From Flavobacteriaceae bacterium (lineage in GTDB: Bacteria > Bacteroidota > Bacteroidia > Flavobacteriales > Flavobacteriaceae): a stretch of DNA of 32,000 nucleotides. Each line of letters starts with the position of its first letter. Within the stretch, counting starts at the first letter, position 1. The notes under the pieces are model-generated. The model was given only the letters and a program-made list of their open reading frames with translations, did not search any database and had not been told where the DNA came from. The DNA lies in the NCBI GenBank assembly GCA_965224465.1, contig OZ245049.1, positions 1,860,001 to 1,892,000 of the forward strand, written 5' to 3'. This document shows, piece after piece, positions 9,955-20,046 of the stretch. A program made the position numbers and the translations under genes.

Positions 9955-10007
9955 AATTGTACATTCTAAAGAATAGGAAACCCTCCTTATTTTTAGGATG
10001 TACAATT
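9955..10007. other. Long imperfect palindrome (possible terminator or regulatory hairpin)
   Basis: AATTGTACATTCTAAA ... TTTAGGATGTACAATT: 16-bp arms with 15/16 complementary positions and a 21-nt loop. No T-run after it. Confidence 0.4.
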
Positions 10008-10262
10008 GATTATTGGATCGATTGAAAAGAAAAACGAATACTCTTTTTTCATTAAGGTATATGCACGTTGTTTCTCCTCAAAGACAGACTCAACAAGAAC
10101 AAAACCAATCACATAACACCTCAAAGAACACGATGTTCATTTTATTAAATCTCCCCTACAAATCAGTTCCTCGAATCAGATAGTCACTTCTTACATTGAG
10201 TATTTCAAAAAAACACATTTTTAAATACATTCGTCATACGCTAATCACAAACCTATAAATAG

Positions 10263-11963
10263 ATGAAATCAAGCATATTATACTTCGCTATTTTTATTTT
10301 CTCAAGCAGCAGTATTCTTTTTGCTCAAGGGAATTCAAAAAAACCAATTCACATCACTGGAAACATTGGGCTTTATTATGACATGTATGATTATTCTGAA
10401 GAAAACCACCCCACTTTTAGGGCTCGTTACCCAGACAACCTATTCCGATTAAATGCAAATGCTACAATCCAATTAGGAAAACACTTTTCCATTCCGTTTG
10501 GCATCAATATTACCAATCAAAAAACACTGTATAATTTACCGAACCTACCCAACGAGAACATCATAGATTATGTACAAAACCCAAAAAACAATATCAGTAT
10601 TCATCCAAAGTACAAATGGGTACAAGCACATATTGGTACACACACACCAGACTATTCACAATTCACTACTGGAGACATCAATATATTTGGAGCAGGAATT
10701 GACATCAATCCAGGGAAATTTATTCTATCCTTCAATTACGGTATATCGCAACGCGCCATAGAACAGGACAGTTTCTTAAATACGGTCGGAGCTTATAAAC
10801 AAACGCTCATGGCAACTAGAATAGGAATCGGAAAAATAGAAGGCTCCAAATTCACCATTAACATTGTAAAAATTAAAGATGACATCACTTCCTTAGTCAC
10901 CATTCCTACGGGAATAAAACCCATAGAAGGCATCACCTTTGCCCCACTTATTGAAGTTAAATTTGGCAAAAAAATATTTTTCGCTACAGAAACAGCAGCA
11001 TCTATTTTTACAAGTAACCTCCTGAACACTTTTGACATTGACAGTGATATTGTAACATCTGTAAAGGACATCATTACTATAAACGCCTCTAGTAAAGGCG
11101 ATTTTTCCCACACATCATCCTTGGAGTGGAAATCAAAAAAATTCACACTTGGAGGTGAAGTAAAATACATAGGCCCTGGGTTTGTACCTGCCGGATTTAG
11201 GAACATTGAGAAAGACATCTTAGATTATAAAATAAAATCCTCCATAAAACTATTCAAAGGAAAAACAAACATCAGCGGAATGTTTGGAATCCGAACAAAC
11301 AACCTTAAGAACACCACCTTACAAAGTACGAAAAGAGTGATAAGTACTATCAATATTTTTACAAAACTCACCAAGAAATTATCTTTAAATGCTAGCTATT
11401 CTAATTTTGGCTTTAATAATAATGAGATTAACAATGTACTTCGTATCGAGATGATTAACAACACGTACAACATATCTCCTTCTTACAAATTTAAGACTTC
11501 TAGCATCAGCCATTTGATACGGTTAAATTGGAACAAAAACGACTTTGATCAATTTGATACTGGCAGCGCCTCTTTTGTGAGTTCTGAATCAGAAAGTTAC
11601 GGAATAAACTACAACCTGTTTTTCAAAAACTTTCCTCTAAATATTAATTTAATGGGACTTCATTTAGACAATCAAACACCCGCTACTACTTTCAATATGA
11701 AAAACTACACCGCTTCTTTTTCTTATAAATTATTTAATAAAAAAATAAAACCTTCCCTTATATTTAATCTCGCCAAGATCTCAAAACCGCCATTTACAAC
11801 AGACAAAAGATTTAGCAGCAAATTTAAATTAACCTATAAAATAAACAAAAAACTACAATTCAAATTCGCTTATAAACTCAACAAATACACATACGGAACA
11901 TCACGTCCAAATGCATTAACAAAAGAACACAGGCTACAGTTTTCGCTATTAAAAAGATTCTAA
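10263..11963 (+). CDS. Predicted outer-membrane beta-barrel protein, unknown family
   Basis: Signal peptide (…SSILFAQ), alternating-hydrophobicity Tyr/Asn/Gly-rich segments throughout, and a C-terminal aromatic residue (…SLLKRF) typical of an OMP beta-signal. Confidence 0.6.
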   Translation: MKSSILYFAIFIFSSSSILFAQGNSKKPIHITGNIGLYYDMYDYSEENHPTFRARYPDNLFRLNANATIQLGKHFSIPFGINITNQKTLYNLPNLPNENIIDYVQNPKNNISIHPKYKWVQAHIGTHTPDYSQFTTGDINIFGAGIDINPGKFILSFNYGISQRAIEQDSFLNTVGAYKQTLMATRIGIGKIEGSKFTINIVKIKDDITSLVTIPTGIKPIEGITFAPLIEVKFGKKIFFATETAASIFTSNLLNTFDIDSDIVTSVKDIITINASSKGDFSHTSSLEWKSKKFTLGGEVKYIGPGFVPAGFRNIEKDILDYKIKSSIKLFKGKTNISGMFGIRTNNLKNTTLQSTKRVISTINIFTKLTKKLSLNASYSNFGFNNNEINNVLRIEMINNTYNISPSYKFKTSSISHLIRLNWNKNDFDQFDTGSASFVSSESESYGINYNLFFKNFPLNINLMGLHLDNQTPATTFNMKNYTASFSYKLFNKKIKPSLIFNLAKISKPPFTTDKRFSSKFKLTYKINKKLQFKFAYKLNKYTYGTSRPNALTKEHRLQFSLLKRF

Positions 11964-11966
11964 ATC

Positions 11967-12245
11967 ATGAAAAAAAAACAACTACTTCTTGTGAGTCTGT
12001 TATTGTATTACATAACCGCTCATACACAAATACACCTAAACTTACATATAGATGATGCTTATAATCCAGCTGTATTTGAATGGACCGATAGAAGCGACTT
12101 AACCGTTGTAATTGTTAGAAAAAACAATGTAGACCTCCAAAAATTAACCTTAGGAACTAAGACGTTTTTAGCAGATAAAGCAATTCCTTACAATGCAAAC
12201 ATAGAAGAACACAAAAAAAAATTAACCCTATTAACATTAAACTAA
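11967..12245 (+). CDS. Small secreted protein, paralog of the N-terminal domain of the downstream giant protein
   Basis: Signal peptide. IHLNLHIDDAYNPAVFEWTDRSDL / TKTFLADKAIPYNANI aligns with IQISLNVDSNPTPELSEWANRNNL / TVTFLADEIIPYNAINF of the 1891-aa protein. Starts 3 nt after the upstream stop. Confidence 0.6.
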   Translation: MKKKQLLLVSLLLYYITAHTQIHLNLHIDDAYNPAVFEWTDRSDLTVVIVRKNNVDLQKLTLGTKTFLADKAIPYNANIEEHKKKLTLLTLN

Positions 12246-12251
12246 TTAGTT

Positions 12252-15200
12252 ATGAAAAGAACACTTCTCCTCCTATTAATATTTGGCTTTTTTTCTAGCC
12301 ATATTAGTGCTCAGATACAAATATCATTAAATGTAGATTCAAACCCTACTCCTGAATTATCAGAATGGGCAAACAGAAACAATTTAGCCATTTTTACAGT
12401 CACCAATACCGATCCAGATTGGGTGGTGGAATACATCTTAAAAGTAGAATTATACAAAGATGGGATTCTTATGTTGGAAACAAATAACAATGTAACTCCA
12501 CAAACACTAGAGATGGGTACTGTTACCTTTTTAGCGGATGAAATAATCCCATACAATGCAATTAATTTTACCAATAATAATTTCCAACAAGCCATCTTAC
12601 AAACGGGGCTATTACCTGCTGGAACCTATTCTTTTTGCGTTAGCATGCTCAAAAGCGATGATTATGCAGTCATTGCAACAGACACTCCAAATCCTGCATG
12701 TCAACCCATGTTAATTACAGATTATCAAATTCCCGAATTAATTATGCCAATAAGTGATGTTTCAATTTCTTCACTATTAGTACCTACTATTAATTTTACG
12801 TGGTCTCCTGTGACACCAGGACCAGACCCAAGTCATTTTTCTGTAGAATACCGCATCCTCGTATCAGAGATATTCAGCAATCAATCATCTGCCAGTCAGG
12901 CATTTCATGTAAACACAGGACTGATAGACGAAGAAGGGCTAACAAGCACGCAATTTATGTGGCCTTCCGATTTAGAAGCTCCAGATGATTTGACAAACTA
13001 TGTATGGAGTGTACAAGCCATCAATACCAATAACAGTTTGCCTATTTTCCAAACAAACAACGGCTTCTCTTCCATTGAAACCTTTACTATAACACCGGCA
13101 AACAATGTGGACGTAGTTGACTGTGAATGTGATGTTGCCAACTTAACACAACCAACTGTAGCTATAATTCAATCTGATTCCATTAATAATCCAAGGAAAT
13201 TAAAGCTAACAAACATACCTCAACTCAAAAACTACCTGATTAACTGCAACACGGTATTTAATGCAAATCCCGCCGATTATACCATAGACATGAGTATTAA
13301 CTGGGACAATGCCCATGACGAGGAAGCAGTTCCTGATGGAGCTACTGTTTTTGAGCATGAATTCAATGCCACCAGTCATGAAATACCTGAAGAAATTTGC
13401 ATCAACTACACCATATACCCAGTATCTACAGGAATTAGTGGTGCACAATGCGAAAACGAAATATGTATAGAGACACCACAGGCATTTTTAGACTTAAACT
13501 TTAGCAATACGCCCACTGCAATTGTAGCGGTTGGAGACACAATAAAAGCTGGATATAATCACGAATTCAACATTCTTGTCTCCCAAGTATCCATAGACAG
13601 TACCAATAATAAAATTACAGGAAAAGGAAACGTTTTTGTAAAATGGCTAGGCGCGAGAGTGGCTGTTCAATTTAATGAAATCACCCTTGACACCACCAGA
13701 AACTTACTTACAGGAAAAATACTTGGAGAATCATACCCTGCTCCTGCTCCAGTATACCCACAAGCTTGGGGAGAAGAAATAATTGCCAATAACAATACAG
13801 CAAATACGACTGCAAACAACATAGCAAACTGGGGAAACAATACTGTTGCTGATGTTATTAATTGGACAAACAGTACGTCTGGAAAAATAGTAACCTGGGT
13901 AAACAACACCGCGGGAACATCGATAAACAGTCCTACAATTGACCCACAAGCACCTATTCCTACAGGCCCATTGACAGATAACACAACACCTGTAAAATTT
14001 CCTTTAGGAGTTAATTTCGCAAACGGAGACCAATTGGCAATCACAGAGATGGTATTTAGACCCAACCTCTCAGAATTTAATCTTGTAGTTGCAAAAAACA
14101 CACCTCCTAGTTGGCAAGCTCCGGGAGAGCCAGCACAACTTATTGGCTTCCTTGCCCGAAATACTAAATTTCACCCAAACAGTGTAGAAACACCTCCTGA
14201 AAGACTAGAGCTTGTAGAAGATGTAAACATTGGAAACATGAACAACAAAATTACTTTTACATTTATAAGTCCCGCAAACTCACCTAATGGATGTTATATT
14301 GAATGGGATGACGATGGGTTTTCACAATTTGGAATAGAACTAGAAAGTTCATTCACAAGAGAATGGTTAATTCCTTCTCCAGATGATGGAACACGATCTA
14401 AAGCAACTTTTGTAAGTACCGTTCAGAACTGGGATGATTTAGTACTGACTGGAAATTTACAAAAATCAGAAATTGTAGACTCCCAAGCCATGACCATTTT
14501 TGCAGGAAATATTTCCTTGGACTTGTCGGATACCATCAACCCTACTAATTTACAATCGGCTTCTGACTTCCCATCCAACTATGCAGGTGATAAAACCATG
14601 CTTTTTAGAGGATTTCACATGGAAGAATTAACCGCAGAAATGCCAGATTGCTGGCAAACAAATAGCAATGGCGTTCCTACTATTTCTATCTACGACATGA
14701 TTATTAACGATACAGGACTTACCATGGTAGCTGAAGCAGTAAATGTAGCAGCTTTTAGAGGGGCAAATGTAGCCGATTTAATTGCAAGTATAGACACTAT
14801 TCATATTGATATCCGAAGCAGTTCCTTTCACGATGCCTATATTAAAGGGAAAATAGGCTTACCTGTAAGCAAAGCAGATTCTATACAAAACCCATTAAAG
14901 TATCACGCCTTATTCACAACAGCGACTCAACCTCCTTCGTTTCAATTGACCATTGAACCCACAGGTCCTATAAAAGCAACTTTATTAAAAGGAGTAATGG
15001 AGCTAGACCCGACTTCAAATATTGTAGCCAATGTTTCTAAAAACCCGAATTACAGCCCTGGAAATAGCAATAGTAAAAAGTACAAAAAAACATTTCATGC
15101 TACTTTAAACGGGAATTTTGTTTGGGATGATGTCAAGTTAGGTCCCGTTAAACATGTGAATATGAACCTTGGGTTTCAAGGAATAGAAATGAATTACAAC

Positions 15201-17927
15201 AATGTTCAACCCAATAATAAATTCAATTTTAATGCAGGAACATGGGCATTTGCAAGTCCTCAGAAATTTTTATCTAACTTTCCTGTTACCATAGAAAATA
15301 TAGCATTTAATCAGAAATCTACAACAGGAAACCAACTCTTGCATGGAGATCTGAACTTTGATGTGATTTTTAATCTATCCGAAGACATTGGAGGACAAAC
15401 AAAATTAGCTGTAGAAATTGCGATAGAAGAAAACCCAAACGGTACAGGTACTGGTAAATTCAAACCCAAATACATAAGTACAAGGATCAATGATATTTCC
15501 ATATACGCGCACTTACCAGCAGTTTCAATAGATGGAACTTTGGAGTTCAGAAACGACCATCCTGTTTATGGAAATGGATTTAAAGGAGAATTAGAAGCGG
15601 CATTTAAAACACCTAATATTGGCATCAGAGCCTTGGCAGAATTTGGAAACACAAATTACCTTAATAACGGAGCAACCTACCGCTATTGGAGAATAGAAGC
15701 AGCAGCAAAATTCCAACCAGGAATACCCTTTTTACCCGGTATTGCATTTTACGGTTTCGGAGGAGGCGCCTTTAGTAATATGGAAGGTTCTCTTGTTGAA
15801 AATCCAACAGACCCAGACACACCGCCCTACTACAGTTTTGAACCAAAAAAAGGGAATTTAGGTTTTCAAGTAGAAGCCACGATTGGTGCAGCAGCAAAAG
15901 TAGATTCTTTTAATGCAGATGTAGGATTGAACGGACAATTTTCAAGCTCTAATGGTTTAATTAATATTGGTTTTACAGGAGATTTTTACATAGGAGGACC
16001 ACTAACACCTCAACACGAAAGAGAAAAAGCACAAATTAAAGGAAGTGTTATCGCTGATTACAATTTCCCTGACAAGCATTTTTTTATGAATGTTGATGCT
16101 ACTATTAACACCGATAAGATAAAAACTTTACCTGGACAACCTGTAAAATTAAACGTAGATATTAACGGAAGTAACAACCGTTGGCATTTTAAATTTGGAG
16201 AGCCAGACGCCTTAAATACGGTGTCAATATTTAATTTTGAACTCTATGAATATTTAATGTTTGGAAATAACATCTCAGCTCCTAGCGGTTTTACAAATAC
16301 TTTTAAAAGTGGATGGGCTTCGGTATTTGACGGAGACCAACCAGGAATCCCAGTAGGATCTGGAGTTAATAACAATTCTGCATTAGGAAAAGGATTTGCT
16401 TTTGGTACAGGTTTCAAATTTGACAAAGAAATTGACTTTCATATTTGGAATGGCTATAATGTAGAAATAGATGTTGCCGCTGGCGCCGAATTAAATTTAA
16501 GTATGATGCAAAAAACAGGCGCCAATTGTGACAACCCTTCTAAACAATTCGGACTCAATGGATGGAGAGCCAATGGTTCTATAGGTTTTTACGGTGCTGT
16601 AGCAGCTGGAGTAAGTAAAGGATCCAAATATTGGCCTTTAATGGACATTAGAGCTGGAGGGTGGTTAGAAGGAAAATTTGTAAACCCTACCTATGTGGCA
16701 GGAGAAATTCGAGGACAAGCAGTTGCTGGACACTTTACGACTAAAATTCATTTTCTAGGAGATTGTAAAAAAGGATGCGGTGCATATCACCTTAAACATT
16801 CCAGACAATGGACATCCTGTAAACACCCTCAGCATCATTATCTAATTGATAAAAGTTTCCAAAAAGACTTTGAGTGGGGCGCTAGTTGTTTAAATAATGC
16901 TGGATACTCAGAACCTGACAACACCAGTAATGATACCTCATTTACACAAGGAGATGCTGCTGAAGATCAATCTCAAAAACTAATAAAATACATACATCCA
17001 ACACCTAGTAACATGATTTATAATTTCCCGGTGACACAGCCTATTTCCATAAAATTTGGACTGAACCCTGAAGAAGTATTTGATGTTGCTGAACAACAAC
17101 AATCTGGAACAATTTTAACAAGAACGTTTAAGTTGGAACGTACCGTATCTCTATTTATAGACAATGCAGACGACGGAAATTACACAAATATATCCGCAAG
17201 CCTTTCTACAGGAAGACGACTATTAAAAAGCACAAATAACATAGGAGAAGAGCTGTATACAGAAACCTCAAACACAATCACTGCAACAGCACAAATGTCT
17301 ACAGCGCTCTTAAGCTCAGAACCAAGTAGTACAGGAACAGCACAGGTAGTAAATATGCAATTAGCCCCAAACCCAACTACTGGTGCAGGAATATTTTCAA
17401 ACAGCCAACTCTTATCAGCTACGAAACAAGAACAAGGAATATTAAGTTTCCCTTCTACATCTACTGGCAGCTCTACTGGCAGCGGATCTTCTAGCGGAAG
17501 CGGCTCCTCTGGCTCTGCGAGTTATGATGATTTACCAGCACCAACACCTCCTGTTATAAATCATTTATCACTAAATAAAAGTTACAAAATAATAGTAGTT
17601 GCTACATTAAAAGAATACAGCAACGAGCAATGGGTGGATGCAAAAAAATCAAATGGTAGCAGTGTTACTGAAACAAAAACAAAGTTTTTCAGAACAGGCC
17701 CTAAAAAAGCCATAAACAATGCCGTATCACGTAAAGAAAACGACTTCAATAAAGAGACTCCAAATGGCAAAAAAACAGCTAGTTCAAGGAAAGCTCTTCC
17801 CGCAAGAAAAACAAGAACCCGTCCTAAAAACAAAGAAATTCTCGAAAAAAATAAGTCGTTTAGAGGAAAGAAAAAAGACAGAAAACGCTCAAAAAAGAAC
17901 GTAAAAACTAATTCCAAAAGAAACTAA
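12252..17927 (+). CDS. Giant secreted protein (1891 aa), unknown function
   Basis: Signal peptide (…SSHISAQ) and an uninterrupted 5.7-kb ORF. Carries a Ser/Gly linker and a Lys/Arg-rich C-terminal tail. I recognised no T9SS C-terminal sorting domain. Confidence 0.75.
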   Translation: MKRTLLLLLIFGFFSSHISAQIQISLNVDSNPTPELSEWANRNNLAIFTVTNTDPDWVVEYILKVELYKDGILMLETNNNVTPQTLEMGTVTFLADEIIPYNAINFTNNNFQQAILQTGLLPAGTYSFCVSMLKSDDYAVIATDTPNPACQPMLITDYQIPELIMPISDVSISSLLVPTINFTWSPVTPGPDPSHFSVEYRILVSEIFSNQSSASQAFHVNTGLIDEEGLTSTQFMWPSDLEAPDDLTNYVWSVQAINTNNSLPIFQTNNGFSSIETFTITPANNVDVVDCECDVANLTQPTVAIIQSDSINNPRKLKLTNIPQLKNYLINCNTVFNANPADYTIDMSINWDNAHDEEAVPDGATVFEHEFNATSHEIPEEICINYTIYPVSTGISGAQCENEICIETPQAFLDLNFSNTPTAIVAVGDTIKAGYNHEFNILVSQVSIDSTNNKITGKGNVFVKWLGARVAVQFNEITLDTTRNLLTGKILGESYPAPAPVYPQAWGEEIIANNNTANTTANNIANWGNNTVADVINWTNSTSGKIVTWVNNTAGTSINSPTIDPQAPIPTGPLTDNTTPVKFPLGVNFANGDQLAITEMVFRPNLSEFNLVVAKNTPPSWQAPGEPAQLIGFLARNTKFHPNSVETPPERLELVEDVNIGNMNNKITFTFISPANSPNGCYIEWDDDGFSQFGIELESSFTREWLIPSPDDGTRSKATFVSTVQNWDDLVLTGNLQKSEIVDSQAMTIFAGNISLDLSDTINPTNLQSASDFPSNYAGDKTMLFRGFHMEELTAEMPDCWQTNSNGVPTISIYDMIINDTGLTMVAEAVNVAAFRGANVADLIASIDTIHIDIRSSSFHDAYIKGKIGLPVSKADSIQNPLKYHALFTTATQPPSFQLTIEPTGPIKATLLKGVMELDPTSNIVANVSKNPNYSPGNSNSKKYKKTFHATLNGNFVWDDVKLGPVKHVNMNLGFQGIEMNYNNVQPNNKFNFNAGTWAFASPQKFLSNFPVTIENIAFNQKSTTGNQLLHGDLNFDVIFNLSEDIGGQTKLAVEIAIEENPNGTGTGKFKPKYISTRINDISIYAHLPAVSIDGTLEFRNDHPVYGNGFKGELEAAFKTPNIGIRALAEFGNTNYLNNGATYRYWRIEAAAKFQPGIPFLPGIAFYGFGGGAFSNMEGSLVENPTDPDTPPYYSFEPKKGNLGFQVEATIGAAAKVDSFNADVGLNGQFSSSNGLINIGFTGDFYIGGPLTPQHEREKAQIKGSVIADYNFPDKHFFMNVDATINTDKIKTLPGQPVKLNVDINGSNNRWHFKFGEPDALNTVSIFNFELYEYLMFGNNISAPSGFTNTFKSGWASVFDGDQPGIPVGSGVNNNSALGKGFAFGTGFKFDKEIDFHIWNGYNVEIDVAAGAELNLSMMQKTGANCDNPSKQFGLNGWRANGSIGFYGAVAAGVSKGSKYWPLMDIRAGGWLEGKFVNPTYVAGEIRGQAVAGHFTTKIHFLGDCKKGCGAYHLKHSRQWTSCKHPQHHYLIDKSFQKDFEWGASCLNNAGYSEPDNTSNDTSFTQGDAAEDQSQKLIKYIHPTPSNMIYNFPVTQPISIKFGLNPEEVFDVAEQQQSGTILTRTFKLERTVSLFIDNADDGNYTNISASLSTGRRLLKSTNNIGEELYTETSNTITATAQMSTALLSSEPSSTGTAQVVNMQLAPNPTTGAGIFSNSQLLSATKQEQGILSFPSTSTGSSTGSGSSSGSGSSGSASYDDLPAPTPPVINHLSLNKSYKIIVVATLKEYSNEQWVDAKKSNGSSVTETKTKFFRTGPKKAINNAVSRKENDFNKETPNGKKTASSRKALPARKTRTRPKNKEILEKNKSFRGKKKDRKRSKKNVKTNSKRN

Positions 17928-17929
17928 TT

Positions 17930-20032
17930 ATGAAAATGACATTCTATAAACACTTGTTAGCACTCCTTTCATTCTTACTATTTACACCAGTCATCCATGC
18001 ACAAAAAAAGGATAAAACGCCCCTTAGTTATATCAATACTATAGGGAGATACACCAAAGAAAAAGAAGTTCAAATTATCTATTTTCCAGACAAAAAAAAC
18101 ACTTTAAAAAGGGGAATCAATTATGGTTTTATTATTGAACGTGCAGAATTAAACGATCACATATTTCATGAAAAAGACATCCAATACAAAGAGCTAAAAA
18201 AAGTATTTCCTTACACAGATTCTCAATGGAAAAAAGAACGTAACAACCTCAAAGGAGTCGCCTTAGAAAATCTAATATTAGCCAAAGATTTTTACGACAA
18301 TATTGACAAAGAATCTGAAGGAGCTTTTTCGTTCGACAAGGGAATAAAAGAATTAAAGGAACAAAAAAGTAAAGAAGATTTTCAGTATTTATTTTTTGTT
18401 ATGAATGCAATCAAAGACAATGGCGTTGCAAAAGCTCTGGGGCTTTCATTTACAGACAAAACAGTTCAAGAAAACAAAAGATATGCGTACAGAATTCTAT
18501 TGGTAAATCCCTCAAAACATTATAAAACTATAGGAATAGCAACCCTTGTAGAGACTAAAAACGCAGCAACTTCCGCAGAGAGAAAAATATTTACAAAAAC
18601 GGGGGATCAAAAACTCACATTTATATGGGAAGAGAACGATGATATTTCTGCCGTATATGTAGAGAAAAAAAATGCACTAACAGGTGTTTTTGAAGTTTTA
18701 AATAAAGCGCCACTGCTAAGAACATCGACAGCATCAACAAGAAACAGTTATACAGATAAAAACTTAACAAATTATACCACATACGAATACCGTTTTTATG
18801 GATCCAATGCCTTTGGAGAAAAAATATATTTTGGAAAAGCAACAGGAATGCCACGTGATTTAACAGCTCCAAAAAAACCTACCCTAGAGTCCGTAAAACA
18901 CATACGTCCCGAAGAGGTTGAATTAACATGGAAAGTACCGACACCTTTGGAAGGAGATTTAAAAGGTTTTGTAGTGGCTAGAGGGTATAAAAATCGTGGA
19001 AATTTTCAATTATTACACGGCAATTTATTACCGAAAAACACCACCCGCTATATCGACAAAACTTTCCATAGAGAAAAACCAAACTACTATGTGATACAAG
19101 CCATAGATACCAGTGGAAATATAAGTTCCTCCAACCCCTATTTTGTAACCTTAATAGATTCAATCCCTCCAAAAAAACCAGCTTTTATTACAGGCACAAT
19201 AGACTCTTTAGGAATTGTTACATTGGAGTTGGAACTAAATAAAGAAAAGGACCTCATGGGCTATCGATTGTTTAGATCTAATAGTGAAAAACATGAATTT
19301 TCAGTTATTTACGAAGGATTTCAAGAAAAAGACACCCTTTACAGAAAAGCACAAACAACATTTAAAGACACCGTAACTATCAACTCATTAACACCTTATA
19401 TTTATTACAAGATAAAAGCGTTAGATTTTAATTTCAACCAATCCGAGTATTCCACAGTGCTTAAAGTTAAACGCCCTGATATAATCCCTCCTACAACACC
19501 CGTATTTAAGAACATAAAAACAGGAACAAATACCATTGAACTCGCTTATGTCTTAAGTAACAGTGAAGATGTAGAAACTCAGTACCTATACAGAAAACTA
19601 TCCATAGAAGAAGCATGGTCTATTTTAACAGTTCTCGAAAAAAACAGCAGCTCATATATTGATAAAAACTTAAAACAAGGAGTCCGCTATTACTATTCCT
19701 TAAGAGCAAAAGACGACAGTGGTTTGTTTTCTAAATATGCCAATCCTATTTATGGAAAACCCTATGATGACGGCGTAAGACCACCTGTAAAAAACCTTAG
19801 TATTTCCAAAGAAGAACAAAAAATAACACTCGTATGGGAATATGAAGACCTAAATAAAAACACCTATTTTGTAATCTACAAGAAAAACAAAAAAGGCAAC
19901 CTCGTACAATACAAGAGTATCCAAAATCTACAGTACAACGAAACTGTTTCTGAAAAAAAGAGCAGTTATGCAATAAAAGCATATACTAAAGATGGAGGAC
20001 AATCTAAAATAAGCGATATTGTGAGCCATTAA
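17930..20032 (+). CDS. Secreted protein with multiple FN3-like repeats
   Basis: Signal peptide (…TPVIHAQ). Roughly 90-100-aa modules are separated by proline hinges (APKKPTL, PPKKPAF, PPTTPVF, RPPVKNL). Each has W/Y-core patterns such as LTWKV…YYVIQAIDTSGN, YYKIKALDFNFN and YYYSLRAKDDSG. Starts 2 nt after the upstream stop. Confidence 0.7.
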   Translation: MKMTFYKHLLALLSFLLFTPVIHAQKKDKTPLSYINTIGRYTKEKEVQIIYFPDKKNTLKRGINYGFIIERAELNDHIFHEKDIQYKELKKVFPYTDSQWKKERNNLKGVALENLILAKDFYDNIDKESEGAFSFDKGIKELKEQKSKEDFQYLFFVMNAIKDNGVAKALGLSFTDKTVQENKRYAYRILLVNPSKHYKTIGIATLVETKNAATSAERKIFTKTGDQKLTFIWEENDDISAVYVEKKNALTGVFEVLNKAPLLRTSTASTRNSYTDKNLTNYTTYEYRFYGSNAFGEKIYFGKATGMPRDLTAPKKPTLESVKHIRPEEVELTWKVPTPLEGDLKGFVVARGYKNRGNFQLLHGNLLPKNTTRYIDKTFHREKPNYYVIQAIDTSGNISSSNPYFVTLIDSIPPKKPAFITGTIDSLGIVTLELELNKEKDLMGYRLFRSNSEKHEFSVIYEGFQEKDTLYRKAQTTFKDTVTINSLTPYIYYKIKALDFNFNQSEYSTVLKVKRPDIIPPTTPVFKNIKTGTNTIELAYVLSNSEDVETQYLYRKLSIEEAWSILTVLEKNSSSYIDKNLKQGVRYYYSLRAKDDSGLFSKYANPIYGKPYDDGVRPPVKNLSISKEEQKITLVWEYEDLNKNTYFVIYKKNKKGNLVQYKSIQNLQYNETVSEKKSSYAIKAYTKDGGQSKISDIVSH

Positions 20033-20046
20033 CACCTAAACCTAAC

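Noticed and set aside
17460-17483. 12-bp tandem duplication in the Ser/Gly linker as a phase-variation (on/off) switch.
   Set aside because: There are only two copies and the unit is a multiple of 3. Slippage would change linker length, not the reading frame.
17400-17927. Looked for a T9SS (type A or type B) C-terminal sorting domain on the 1891-aa protein, and also on the 700-aa protein.
   Set aside because: The C-termini are a polybasic disordered tail and an FN3-like module respectively. Neither resembles the roughly 70-100-aa beta-sandwich CTDs I know. This is a by-eye judgement and should be confirmed with TIGR04183 and TIGR04131 HMMs.
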